A stretch of DNA of 64,000 nt from Candidatus Uhrbacteria bacterium RIFCSPHIGHO2_02_FULL_46_47 (GCA_001790815.1 MGDU01000020.1:14277-78276); one strand, 5' to 3'. Counted from the first letter of the stretch, positions 46,584-55,300 are shown. Numbers and translations: made by a program. Notes: a model not told the origin generated them from the letters alone.

Positions 46584-47735
46584 TTATTTCTTTATCACAA
46601 TCTTAATACGATCAGGAATCGTAGGAATTCGCTTTTGCCATGAGGGAAATAGTCGAATCTCAACTGCCTCAATCGCATCAAAACTTTGTAAATATTGCTT
46701 CGCCTCATCCGGCAACATTCCTGCGATTTTTACCGGATCCAAAATCGGACTCGCCGCGTTCAGACGCACCTCGCCGTCCGCGTATACCGCAAGCTGGGCC
46801 TCGCCGGTTTGGCTATTCACATTTTTAATGCGGGCAATAATGGCATCTTTATTAAATTTAACCAGTTCGCGATCAGAGGGTATATTGGCGCTAATTTTTT
46901 CCAGCGCAATTTTTTCCAGCGCGGCTTTATCATAGGACAAAAGCTCGGCTTTGATTTTGGCCTTGCCGCTAAAAGTCTGCTTCTCGTCGCCTTTTTTTGC
47001 ATCAAAAATTACCTCTTGCACTTCGGTTGTGGCAACCACTCCGCCAAGCGCCGCCGCCGGGGTTTTTGCAAAATCCTCTTTTACCTTGGCCAATGCTTTT
47101 TCAATAATCGCGCCTTTGGCTTTTTCCAAATCGTCTGCCGTAACAACCCGTACTTGCACTGAAGTATCCCCCGAAAGGCGCTCCGTATTTTCACCATAAA
47201 TCAATTTTTGCTTTGCGACATTAAGGCCTGGAAAAGTAAATTGCGTACCAATATCAAAGCCCCAATCCGGATCAGTTCCATCTTGGTACACATTCACTTC
47301 AACTTTCCCATTTGCCGGAACAGTTGCGCCGGATTTCATGCGCAACAAAACACGTGAGTCGGGTGAAAATAAACGCGTGGTTGCCACCAATGGTTGCGCG
47401 GCAGTCGTGGTATTTACGAGCGTGAGCTTCCCTTCCCAACGCCCGGCACTCTTTGCCACTGTGCCGGTTGCTTCAAACTGCCCTTCATCCTCAACTACCT
47501 TTTCTTCATAATGCCCATTTAAAGTCCCGGGGATTGGTGCAGTTCCATCTTTGACCGTTACTAAAAATTCAGCACTACGTAACTCCTTTTTAGGGGTTAT
47601 TGCCACAGTGGCTTTGGACATTGAGAAAAACGCAATTACCCCGACCAAAAGCACGGTTAAAACCACAAAACTTATGGCAATTTTACGATAAATTATGGAA
47701 AGCGGCGGTAGCGTTGGTTTTTTTTGTTTAGCCAT
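46584..47735 (-). CDS. Hypothetical membrane-anchored protein
   Basis: N-terminal TM (ISFVVLTVLLVGVIAFF), 383 aa, no recognisable family. Confidence 0.5.
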   Translation of the reverse strand: MAKQKKPTLPPLSIIYRKIAISFVVLTVLLVGVIAFFSMSKATVAITPKKELRSAEFLVTVKDGTAPIPGTLNGHYEEKVVEDEGQFEATGTVAKSAGRWEGKLTLVNTTTAAQPLVATTRLFSPDSRVLLRMKSGATVPANGKVEVNVYQDGTDPDWGFDIGTQFTFPGLNVAKQKLIYGENTERLSGDTSVQVRVVTADDLEKAKGAIIEKALAKVKEDFAKTPAAALGGVVATTEVQEVIFDAKKGDEKQTFSGKAKIKAELLSYDKAALEKIALEKISANIPSDRELVKFNKDAIIARIKNVNSQTGEAQLAVYADGEVRLNAASPILDPVKIAGMLPDEAKQYLQSFDAIEAVEIRLFPSWQKRIPTIPDRIKIVIKK

Positions 47736-47802
47736 ATCCCCCTATTTTAGTTATGTTTTATTAAAATCAGTATAACATATTATCCCCTGAAAGCAAACTG
47801 CA

Positions 47803-48228
47803 CTATGCGGCTTTTTTCCAGCGCCGGCACTTTGTGTATAACGGGGATACCTTATTTGCTAAAAACGCGTAAAAAAGATTCTGGGGAGTATCCGCTTGCT
47901 TAGGCGATGATATATCTCTTGCATACTCCAAATCCTGTACCAAGCTCTCTATGCCTTGCGCAAGATCATCATTTATAGTTCGCGCCTGATTCTCCCATTG
48001 CTCCGTGAGTTGCAAATATCTTGTAAAAAGAGTTAAATCTGCATCTGATATATCCTCAAACGCTCCCCGCATGCCATCAAAATGAGCGCCGGCTTGCGCC
48101 TTGAGTTTTGCTAAAAGATGTTCTCGCGGAAACGGTTCACTGTCCTCTTCACCACGTGCACTCTTGGGTTGATGCAATTCTCGCATAATATCCAAAACCC
48201 CCTTTCGGGGGCATAATATTAATTTCAA
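47803..48228 (-). CDS. Hypothetical protein
   Basis: 141 aa. It forms a gene pair with 48231..48725, with the CCCCCGAAAGGGGG hairpin at their junction. Confidence 0.4.
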   Translation of the reverse strand: MKLILCPRKGVLDIMRELHQPKSARGEEDSEPFPREHLLAKLKAQAGAHFDGMRGAFEDISDADLTLFTRYLQLTEQWENQARTINDDLAQGIESLVQDLEYARDISSPKQADTPQNLFYAFLANKVSPLYTKCRRWKKAA

Positions 48229-48230
48229 AA

Positions 48231-48725
48231 TTAACTAACCATTGGCTGATCTGCTTCGTGTCGCGGTCCACGACGCGCGACATATTCATCCATTGTTTCC
48301 TTTAAGGATGGCGAAATAATTTTATCCACTGAATATCTAATCTCTCCGGCAGTTTGCGCTGCTTCGCCATATATCCGTTTCGCTTGTTTCAATGCATTAT
48401 CAAATCCTGGACCTCGTTCACCTAATCCTGCAAACATCTGCTGCAATGCTGCTCTGAATCCCGGTTCAAGACGTTGTTGCTGTCGCCTAATCCATGCTTC
48501 TTTTTCCGCAGTTGTTCTGGGCGCAGTATCTAACATTAACTCCCCTTCGACTTCTGGCCCAAACTCCCTTAATGCCTCAAGCGCCGCATGACCTTCTGCA
48601 ACCCTTGTTTGCGCGGCTTGAGCATCAGAAGATAGTGTTCTCTTATGGCGGGTAACCTCAGATTGAGGTCTTCCTGTATTTTGCATAGCATTTTCTGATA
48701 TAAAATGTTCACTTTGCATATTCAT
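48231..48725 (-). CDS. Hypothetical protein
   Basis: 164 aa with coding-like composition. Confidence 0.4.
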   Translation of the reverse strand: MNMQSEHFISENAMQNTGRPQSEVTRHKRTLSSDAQAAQTRVAEGHAALEALREFGPEVEGELMLDTAPRTTAEKEAWIRRQQQRLEPGFRAALQQMFAGLGERGPGFDNALKQAKRIYGEAAQTAGEIRYSVDKIISPSLKETMDEYVARRGPRHEADQPMVS

Positions 48726-48844
48726 TATGAAATAAGCATACTTTATTTACATAAAAATGTCAAATACTCCAATCTGATGATGATGAGTTCAAAAGCTTGA
48801 CAAGGTAATCAAACTGTGGTAAATCTAACAAGAGGGAGGGACGC

Positions 48845-49225
48845 ATGGCCCAAACACATCGCCCGATAATTGATCGGGCCGTGTTGATTCGGCCCGGTCA
48901 TCTGACCTTTGACATCCTTATGACGAACGAGTGCGCCACTGAGATTCCCTCGGAAATTCAGCACGTGGAGATCTCCTATGCGCTAGACGGCACCACACGG
49001 TCTGAACGATTTGCCGTCATACGAGTGAAAGTGGGGCCACGGCGTAGGTGGCTTTCGCTCACCCTTGTGCCTAGCAGGCCTCGAAACTCCTGCGTACTGG
49101 CCCTGTTTCGGCAGAAGTCTCACCGGATCGCAATGCAATGCATCACAGCTGTAGAGATCAGCTGCCGAAGCGGAACTACGCTTCCCCTGAAGAAACGAGG
49201 CACTTTGCTCTTCCCTAGCACCTAG
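48845..49225 (+). CDS. Hypothetical protein in a GC-rich island
   Basis: Promoter-like TTGACA-17-TAAATC at ~48812-48840 and an SD AGGGAGGG before the ATG. Confidence 0.4.
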   Translation: MAQTHRPIIDRAVLIRPGHLTFDILMTNECATEIPSEIQHVEISYALDGTTRSERFAVIRVKVGPRRRWLSLTLVPSRPRNSCVLALFRQKSHRIAMQCITAVEISCRSGTTLPLKKRGTLLFPST

Positions 49226-49318
49226 CACCGCCTTCCACGGCGTACATCAAAAACGGCGGCCCCTACCAAGAGATCGCCGTTTTTCCAATTTTAACTGGTT
49301 TGATTAACCTGTATTTAT

Positions 49319-49585
49319 TTAACTAAGATCAACATCTATTTCTCCTGTTTCAAAAGCACTAATTTTCGCTTCAAGCGTATCGATCTGTTGTCTTAAGTCA
49401 ATTATTTGATCTGCAAATGCTGACTGCGTTGCCTCATCATCCTCTGGAACTTTCTCCAACTTCGCTTGTGCCTCCGCAAGTTTGCGTTCCACCTCCATTT
49501 TTTTAAGCTCTAGCACGCTTTGCTGTGTCTCAAGACTTGGCCCTGTTCCGCGTGCCACAGGCGGGGGTAATGTTTCTCCGCGCAT
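49319..49585 (-). CDS. Hypothetical coiled-coil protein
   Basis: 88 aa, predicted coiled coil. Confidence 0.35.
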   Translation of the reverse strand: MRGETLPPPVARGTGPSLETQQSVLELKKMEVERKLAEAQAKLEKVPEDDEATQSAFADQIIDLRQQIDTLEAKISAFETGEIDVDLS

Positions 49586-49719
49586 AGTATTTATGGTATT
49601 TAAGATTTATTAAGTATTTTAGTATATCATATATTTCTCTTCTTGTCAAGTTTTTGGGGGTGCTTTGAATAATTTCGTAGCAATGGCGGGTTTGGGCGTT
49701 GTTCTTTGCTCATAGTTTA

Positions 49720-52700
49720 TTATCCTACTATACTTACGGCATCTTTGCCAACTATGGATTTCAAGGATTGCAAAATAGCCGGCAAAGGATCAATGCAAAA
49801 ACTGGTCTCAATAGTGCGTTTTTGTCCATTTTGTTCAAGCACAATAAAGACCGGAAGCGCGCCATGGGTTGATGAAAGGAAAGTGCGCAATGTATCAAGA
49901 ATATTTTTATCTTGAGTGGCAAGGCTAATAAAGATACGCTGACCAGATGACAGAGGACGGATGACAGAGGACGGATCTGTCTTCTGTTTTCTGTCTTCTG
50001 TTTTACGCAAAGGCGCACCCTGAAGACCGGCGGCTACATTGTCATGCGTAAGCGGCATGGCGCGATCGCACACTACTCGTTTTTCCTCTCCTCCGCCTTT
50101 GCCCCACACACAAAGTAATGTGCCATCGGTAAATAATTCCGGACTGACTTTATAGGCCTTGGGAAATACGATAAGTTCGCATGATCCCGCAAGATCTTGC
50201 AGACGCGCGGTTAGCATGGCCTCGCCATTTTTAGTAAAACGTTTTTTGCAATCCACAAGCACCCCAGCCAACATTAGCGGCGTATTGTCTTTCAACTCGG
50301 TTAGGGCACCGGTAGCCACAACTTTGCCTTTGAGTACTTCTTCAAATTCATAAAGCGGATGCGAGGTAACATACAAACCCAGCAATTCTTTTTCCCACTG
50401 CAATTTTTCCTCCTTACTTGCCGGCGGAACATTGTCTTTAAGCGTCAGTTTGCGCACTTGCGGCAAAGCCCCAAACAGCGAACTCTGTTTAGTTGGCATC
50501 TCCGCCGCGCCCCGATTAAACGTGAGCATCACTTCCATGCTTTCCATCATGAAAGCGCGGTCGCCAAAGCGATCCATCGCGCCGGATTTTACCAAACTTT
50601 CCAGCGATTTCTTGTTCAAATTCTTGTGCTGAACGCGTTTTAGACAGTCTTCCAAATCCACAAACAAACCGTTACTTTCACGCTCGGCAATTATTGCCCC
50701 CACTACATCAGTCCCTAAATTTTTAATCGCGAGCAACCCAAAACGAATATGTGTATCATCCACATATGTAAAATCCTTTCCGCTTTCATTAACATCCGGC
50801 GGAAGAACAGTAATTCCGGCTTCACGCGCGCCGGCAATTACTTCCGCAACTTTATCACTATTTCCAGCTTCAGCAGTCAAAATCGCGGTGATAAATTCCG
50901 CCGGAAAATGCGCTTTCATGTAGGCGGTTTGATAAGCTACCATGCCATAGGAGGCGGCATGCGCTTTGTTAAAGCCGTAAGCCGCAAATGGCTCAATAAG
51001 GGCCCAAAGCTCTTCTGCCTTTGTTCGCGGAAGGCCGCCTTTCACACAGCCGGTTAAAAATTTCTCGCGCTGGGCAATCATTTCGCGCGGAATCTTTTTT
51101 CCCATTGCTTTGCGCAGTTTATCTGCCTCTTCCCAACTGTAACCGGCAAGCTCAATAGCAATCAAAAGCACGTCGTCTTGATAAACCAAAATTCCATAAG
51201 TGCGCTCCAAAATTGTCGCCAGGCGCGGATCCAAATATGATACAAGGCGCGGATTATGTTTGCGGCGAATATACTCCGGGATTGATTCCATCGGACCGGG
51301 GCGAAACAGCGCAACCATGGCCATAATATCATGAATTGAAGAGGGCTTGAGTTCTTTTAAATAGCGCGTCATGCCAGATCCGGCAAGCTGGAATACACCC
51401 ATGGTATCCCCGCGCGAAAGCATTTCAAAAGTTTTAGCATCGTGGGACGGAAGTTTTCCAATATCAATCTCCATTCCTTTTGTTTTCTTCACGATTGAAA
51501 CGGCATCTCCAAGAATGGAGAGATTGCGAATGCCAAGCATATCCATTTTAACCAGCCCTGCCGCCTCGGCAGCGTGCATGTCATATTGAGTGATGATATT
51601 GTCGCCATTGGCTTCACGCGCAAGCGGAGTAAAATCCGTAAGTTTGGTAGGCGCGATAACCATACCGGCGGCATGCACTGAAGCATGGCGCGCGCATCCC
51701 TCAACTTTGCGCGCCAGATCAAGCACGCGCTTAACATTTGCATCTTCGTTGTAAAGTTTTCCAAGATCCGGATTTTCCTCAAGCGCGCGATCAACAGTCA
51801 TGTGAAATCCTTGCGCGCCTGGCGGAATCATTTTAGAAATTTTATCACCAAAAGAATAGGGCAGGCCAAGTACGCGCGTTACATCACGCACAGCCGCGCG
51901 TGGTAGCATGGTTCCAAACGTGCAAATCTGCGCCACTTTATCCGCGCCGTACTTTTGACGCACATAATCAATCACCTCATCACGGCGATTATCCGCGAAA
52001 TCCACATCAATATCCGGCGGGGTTGGACGGGTGACAGTTAAAAATCGCTCAAATGGCAGTTTAAAATCCAAAGGATTTATCGTAGTTATATCAATAAGAT
52101 ATGAAACCAGCGATCCTGCGGCTGAACCGCGAGTAGTTACCACAATGCCTTGCTCGCGCGCCCATTTTACATAATCTGACACAATCAAAAAATAAGTAGA
52201 GAAACCAGTTTTCTTAATTACATCAAGCTCGTAATCAATACGCTTTTTAATCTCATCTGTAACTCCCCCTCCCCTCACCCCTCCCACAGGTGGAGGGGAA
52301 TTTATTTTTTCTTCCTCCCCCTTTATGGGGGAGGATTGAGGTGGGGGTGCACCAAATTTTTCCTGCGCCCCCTGCCAGGTAAGCTCCTGCAAATACTCAT
52401 CATGAGTTTTGCCTTGGGTTGGAAATTGCGGAAAAGCCCATTTATTAAGCGTGAGTTCCAGATTGCAAAGCTCGGCCACTTTCAAAGTATTTGCCACCGC
52501 CTCTGGCATGTCAGCCCATTGTTCTTCCACCCGTTTGGGCGAGGCAAACGAAAGATCCGCGCCAGTCATGTTCAGACGGCCTTTGTCAGTGATAAATTTT
52601 CCAGTTTGCACGCAAACCAGTACATCCTGGGCTTCGGCGTCGTCAGCGTGCAAATAATGGCTGTCTACAGTGGCAACCGGAAGCAGGCCCAGTTCTTTAC

Positions 52701-53280
52701 ATAGACGAAACATTCCTTCATTTACGACTTCCTGCTCCGGTAGTTCTGGGTGTTTTTGCACCTCAGCAAAAAAGTTTTCTTTTCCGAAAATTTCTTGAAA
52801 CTCTTGCGCAACACGCTTGGCCTCTTCATATTTGCCGGCCATAAGCGCGCGCGAAATTTCTCCGCGCAAACAGCCTGACAGGGCTATAAGCCCTTTGCCA
52901 TGCACTCTAAGTAAATTTTTGTCTATCCGTGGTTTGTAGTAAAAACCTTCCAGATGCGCAATGGTCGTGAGCATCATGAGGTTGCGATAGCCCTCTTCAT
53001 TGCGCGCCAAAAGCGTTAAATGGTGATAATCCTTGTCCACCCCAGCGCGCTTTTCTTCTTTTTCTCCAAGCGCCATATACGCCTCCATTCCAATAATCGG
53101 TTTCACTCCTGCTTTTTTGCATGCTTGATAAAACTCCAGCGCGCCATACATTACTCCATGATCTGTGAGTGCCAGCGCCGGACATCCAAACTCTTTTGCT
53201 TTTGCCACTAGGTCGTGAATTTTAGGAAGACCATCAAGAAGAGAATAATGGGAGTGGGTATGGAGATGGACAAAAGACAT
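49720..53280 (-). CDS. dnaE: DNA polymerase III alpha subunit with in-frame repeat insertions
   Basis: N-terminal PHP domain (MSFVHLHTHSHYSLLDG), polymerase core, OB fold. Insertions at 52259-52348 (PPPQSSPIKGEEEKINSPPPVGGVRGGGV) and 49948-50040. Confidence 0.95.
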   Translation of the reverse strand: MSFVHLHTHSHYSLLDGLPKIHDLVAKAKEFGCPALALTDHGVMYGALEFYQACKKAGVKPIIGMEAYMALGEKEEKRAGVDKDYHHLTLLARNEEGYRNLMMLTTIAHLEGFYYKPRIDKNLLRVHGKGLIALSGCLRGEISRALMAGKYEEAKRVAQEFQEIFGKENFFAEVQKHPELPEQEVVNEGMFRLCKELGLLPVATVDSHYLHADDAEAQDVLVCVQTGKFITDKGRLNMTGADLSFASPKRVEEQWADMPEAVANTLKVAELCNLELTLNKWAFPQFPTQGKTHDEYLQELTWQGAQEKFGAPPPQSSPIKGEEEKINSPPPVGGVRGGGVTDEIKKRIDYELDVIKKTGFSTYFLIVSDYVKWAREQGIVVTTRGSAAGSLVSYLIDITTINPLDFKLPFERFLTVTRPTPPDIDVDFADNRRDEVIDYVRQKYGADKVAQICTFGTMLPRAAVRDVTRVLGLPYSFGDKISKMIPPGAQGFHMTVDRALEENPDLGKLYNEDANVKRVLDLARKVEGCARHASVHAAGMVIAPTKLTDFTPLAREANGDNIITQYDMHAAEAAGLVKMDMLGIRNLSILGDAVSIVKKTKGMEIDIGKLPSHDAKTFEMLSRGDTMGVFQLAGSGMTRYLKELKPSSIHDIMAMVALFRPGPMESIPEYIRRKHNPRLVSYLDPRLATILERTYGILVYQDDVLLIAIELAGYSWEEADKLRKAMGKKIPREMIAQREKFLTGCVKGGLPRTKAEELWALIEPFAAYGFNKAHAASYGMVAYQTAYMKAHFPAEFITAILTAEAGNSDKVAEVIAGAREAGITVLPPDVNESGKDFTYVDDTHIRFGLLAIKNLGTDVVGAIIAERESNGLFVDLEDCLKRVQHKNLNKKSLESLVKSGAMDRFGDRAFMMESMEVMLTFNRGAAEMPTKQSSLFGALPQVRKLTLKDNVPPASKEEKLQWEKELLGLYVTSHPLYEFEEVLKGKVVATGALTELKDNTPLMLAGVLVDCKKRFTKNGEAMLTARLQDLAGSCELIVFPKAYKVSPELFTDGTLLCVWGKGGGEEKRVVCDRAMPLTHDNVAAGLQGAPLRKTEDRKQKTDPSSVIRPLSSGQRIFISLATQDKNILDTLRTFLSSTHGALPVFIVLEQNGQKRTIETSFCIDPLPAILQSLKSIVGKDAVSIVG

Positions 53281-53396
53281 ATTGATGAGTACGTAGTATG
53301 TAGTAGGTAGTGCGTAGTCATTGAATTCGAGCGTAACACCTACGTACTACTTACTACCTTCTACCTACTGACATGATGCATCCTATCACAGCACTC

Positions 53397-53425
53397 TTGA
53401 CAGGGCAAGAAAAAGTTGGTAGTGT
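53397..53425 (+). promoter_or_regulatory. Sigma70-like promoter (TTGACA-17-TAGTGT) for the small ORF 53446..53598
   Basis: Followed by the SD AAGGAGGA 6 nt before the ATG. Confidence 0.5.
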
Positions 53426-53445
53426 AACGATCAAGGAGGAACCAC

Positions 53446-53598
53446 ATGCGAAAAGTACTCGATCTTGCCAGTCTCATCTTCTTTTTCGGCTTCGGGCTCT
53501 TCGCGGCCTTACACGCGGACATGACCGCGGCACGGCAGGCCGCACAGGCCAACTTCACCGCGCCGGCCGGTTCACCCGACTGCGACTGCATGCCATAG
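53446..53598 (+). CDS. Small hydrophobic peptide (50 aa, MRKVLDLASLIFFFGFGLFAALHADMTAARQAAQANFTAPAGSPDCDCMP) in a GC-rich island
   Basis: Perfect SD, promoter and a downstream terminator (53705-53734). Below the ORF-track cutoff. Confidence 0.5.
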   Translation: MRKVLDLASLIFFFGFGLFAALHADMTAARQAAQANFTAPAGSPDCDCMP

Positions 53599-53704
53599 CG
53601 CCATGCCATGGGCACCCATCCTGACCGCTCCTTCTATTCATTCTGCGATTCCGCGGAATTGCAGAACGCCTCGGCGGACACTCTGCACCTCGTCCGCCAA
53701 ATTC

Positions 53705-53734
53705 AAAAAACCATCTCCTGCGAGGTGGTTTTTT
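53705..53734. terminator. Bidirectional rho-independent terminator (AAAAAACCATCTC-CTGC-GAGGTGGTTTTTT)
   Basis: Stem flanked by an A-run and a T-run. Confidence 0.6.
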
Positions 53735-53857
53735 AATTCTCAAATTTCCTCCGGCCGCTACAAATCTGACACGAAACATAGTGCGCAGATTTTCTGCGCC
53801 CGCAGAATTTTGACTCACTAATTTTCTTACATATCAGGCGAGATACGTCTTTTAAAA

Positions 53858-53895
53858 TTATGTCAACTGTGAGCGATCGTTTATATTTGACATAA
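53858..53895. promoter_or_regulatory. Conserved 38-nt palindromic motif (copy 2)
   Basis: Identical to 26328-26365 over the full 38 nt. Confidence 0.6.
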
Positions 53896-54057
53896 TTCCA
53901 TTTTGCCGTGTACTACTGATCCTGCGGCAGATTCATTACGATCGTGGTATTCTTACCGCAAAATAACAGCACGATGAGATGTAAAAAATACAAAAGATCG
54001 CGGAGACTTTGCCCCGCGACCTAATTTTTCGAAAGTTAGGTTCACTCTAGAAAAAAG

Positions 54058-54423
54058 CTAATGCATTCCTTCAATAATATCAATTTCTGGTTTCTCTTTC
54101 ACATTTTTTTGGCTCATGTTTTTATATGCGGCCGCTTCTGCCATCTGTCTTGCTACATTGCTCTCCTTAATGCGCTTTGAGCCGATTCCCATTGCGGCCA
54201 AAAATTCTAACAATGGTTCTTGTGCCTCTGGCTTATTTGCTAAATCAAGATTAAGCAATTTATCAACAGTTTCTGTGCCAAGTTGTCCAAGAAAGTAATC
54301 AGCCTTTTCAGGTGATTTACCAGTATCTAAACCACTTACTCTCAGTCGAGATTCCTGTGCTTTTTCTGGAGCTTTCCCTGTTTCTGCGCCCGGTGGTCGA
54401 TATTTCCCTTCACCTTCTGGCAT
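54058..54423 (-). CDS. Hypothetical small protein, paralogous promoter class A
   Basis: 121 aa. Its upstream module is homologous to that of 30675..31001 but is interrupted by a MITE. Confidence 0.45.
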   Translation of the reverse strand: MPEGEGKYRPPGAETGKAPEKAQESRLRVSGLDTGKSPEKADYFLGQLGTETVDKLLNLDLANKPEAQEPLLEFLAAMGIGSKRIKESNVARQMAEAAAYKNMSQKNVKEKPEIDIIEGMH

Positions 54424-54483
54424 AAAATGTTTTCCTAAAAATTATTTCCTTACTAAAATCCTACTCTCTCTCTGGATTGCAAG

Positions 54484-54621
54484 CCCAGTAGTAGAAGTTC
54501 AACTTTGTGCGCGTCAAGCGCGCATTATGAAAATCATTTGTTTGACACCACTTTCCCTTTAAAATAAGGCATTTTAGGGCATGCGAATATAGTTATTTGC
54601 CTGTTGAACTTTCACTACTGG
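54484..54621. mobile_element. 138-bp MITE-like insertion with ~19-bp terminal inverted repeats and a 5-bp target-site duplication (GCAAG)
   Basis: TIRs are CCCAGTAGTAGAAGTTCAAC ... GTTGAACTTTCACTACTGG. The uninterrupted paralogous site at 31041-31060 (GGATTGCAAG|GGGGGGTG) shows the empty target. Confidence 0.7.
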
Positions 54622-54900
54622 GCAAGGGGGGATGTGGATAACTTGGATGCCATTGCTTGACAAAAATGCGTAATATGGTATGCTGAATATGGTTATCAAT
54701 CCATGAGCCACACTCCTATCCGGAGTCAAAAAACAGTCCCGCATTTGCGGGATTGTTTTTCATATTCACAATTTTTGCTATACTTAAGAGTGCACGGAGT
54801 GGCTAGGAGGGTATTGCTATACAGTTTTATAGCCATGGATTGATAACCCATTGACCCCGAAAGGGGTGTGGTGCAACTCCACTGCCCTCCGTGTAAAAAT

Positions 54901-54938
54901 CCCCCCGATGTCCATCGGGGGGATTTTTATTTTCCAAA
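54901..54938. terminator. Bidirectional rho-independent terminator (TCCCCCCGATG-TC-CATCGGGGGGA)
   Basis: 11-bp GC-rich stem flanked by A5 and T-rich runs. Lies 3' of gene 54944..55300. Confidence 0.7.
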
Positions 54939-54943
54939 CTTTT

Positions 54944-55300
54944 TTATTCCTTCTCTTCTTCACCTTCAGTCTCCGCTTCTTCCTTTTTCTCGTGCTTTTT
55001 CTTTTTTGTCGTTTTGCGCTCGCCTCTGCGATCCATTAAGTAACTCCCTACGTATTTAACTCCTTCGGCAATTCCGGCAAAAACATTAAGCGAGCGCTCA
55101 AATTTTTCTTTCAAACTCTCAAAAATACCCAGGGCCTTATTTATTTTTTCCCGCACGTCTTTGGTCATCCCCCGCGCCTCACGCATGATGGAAATAAAAT
55201 AATACAAAAGCCAGCACACAAAAATGGTAAACCAGAGCACGGAAAACGCGAGGACTAGGTAAAAAATATCTTTTGCGTCGGAAATCATATGTTTTGTCAT
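54944..55300 (-). CDS. Hypothetical small membrane protein with an acidic/Lys-rich tail
   Basis: Two TM helices near the N-terminus. Confidence 0.45.
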   Translation of the reverse strand: MTKHMISDAKDIFYLVLAFSVLWFTIFVCWLLYYFISIMREARGMTKDVREKINKALGIFESLKEKFERSLNVFAGIAEGVKYVGSYLMDRRGERKTTKKKKHEKKEEAETEGEEEKE

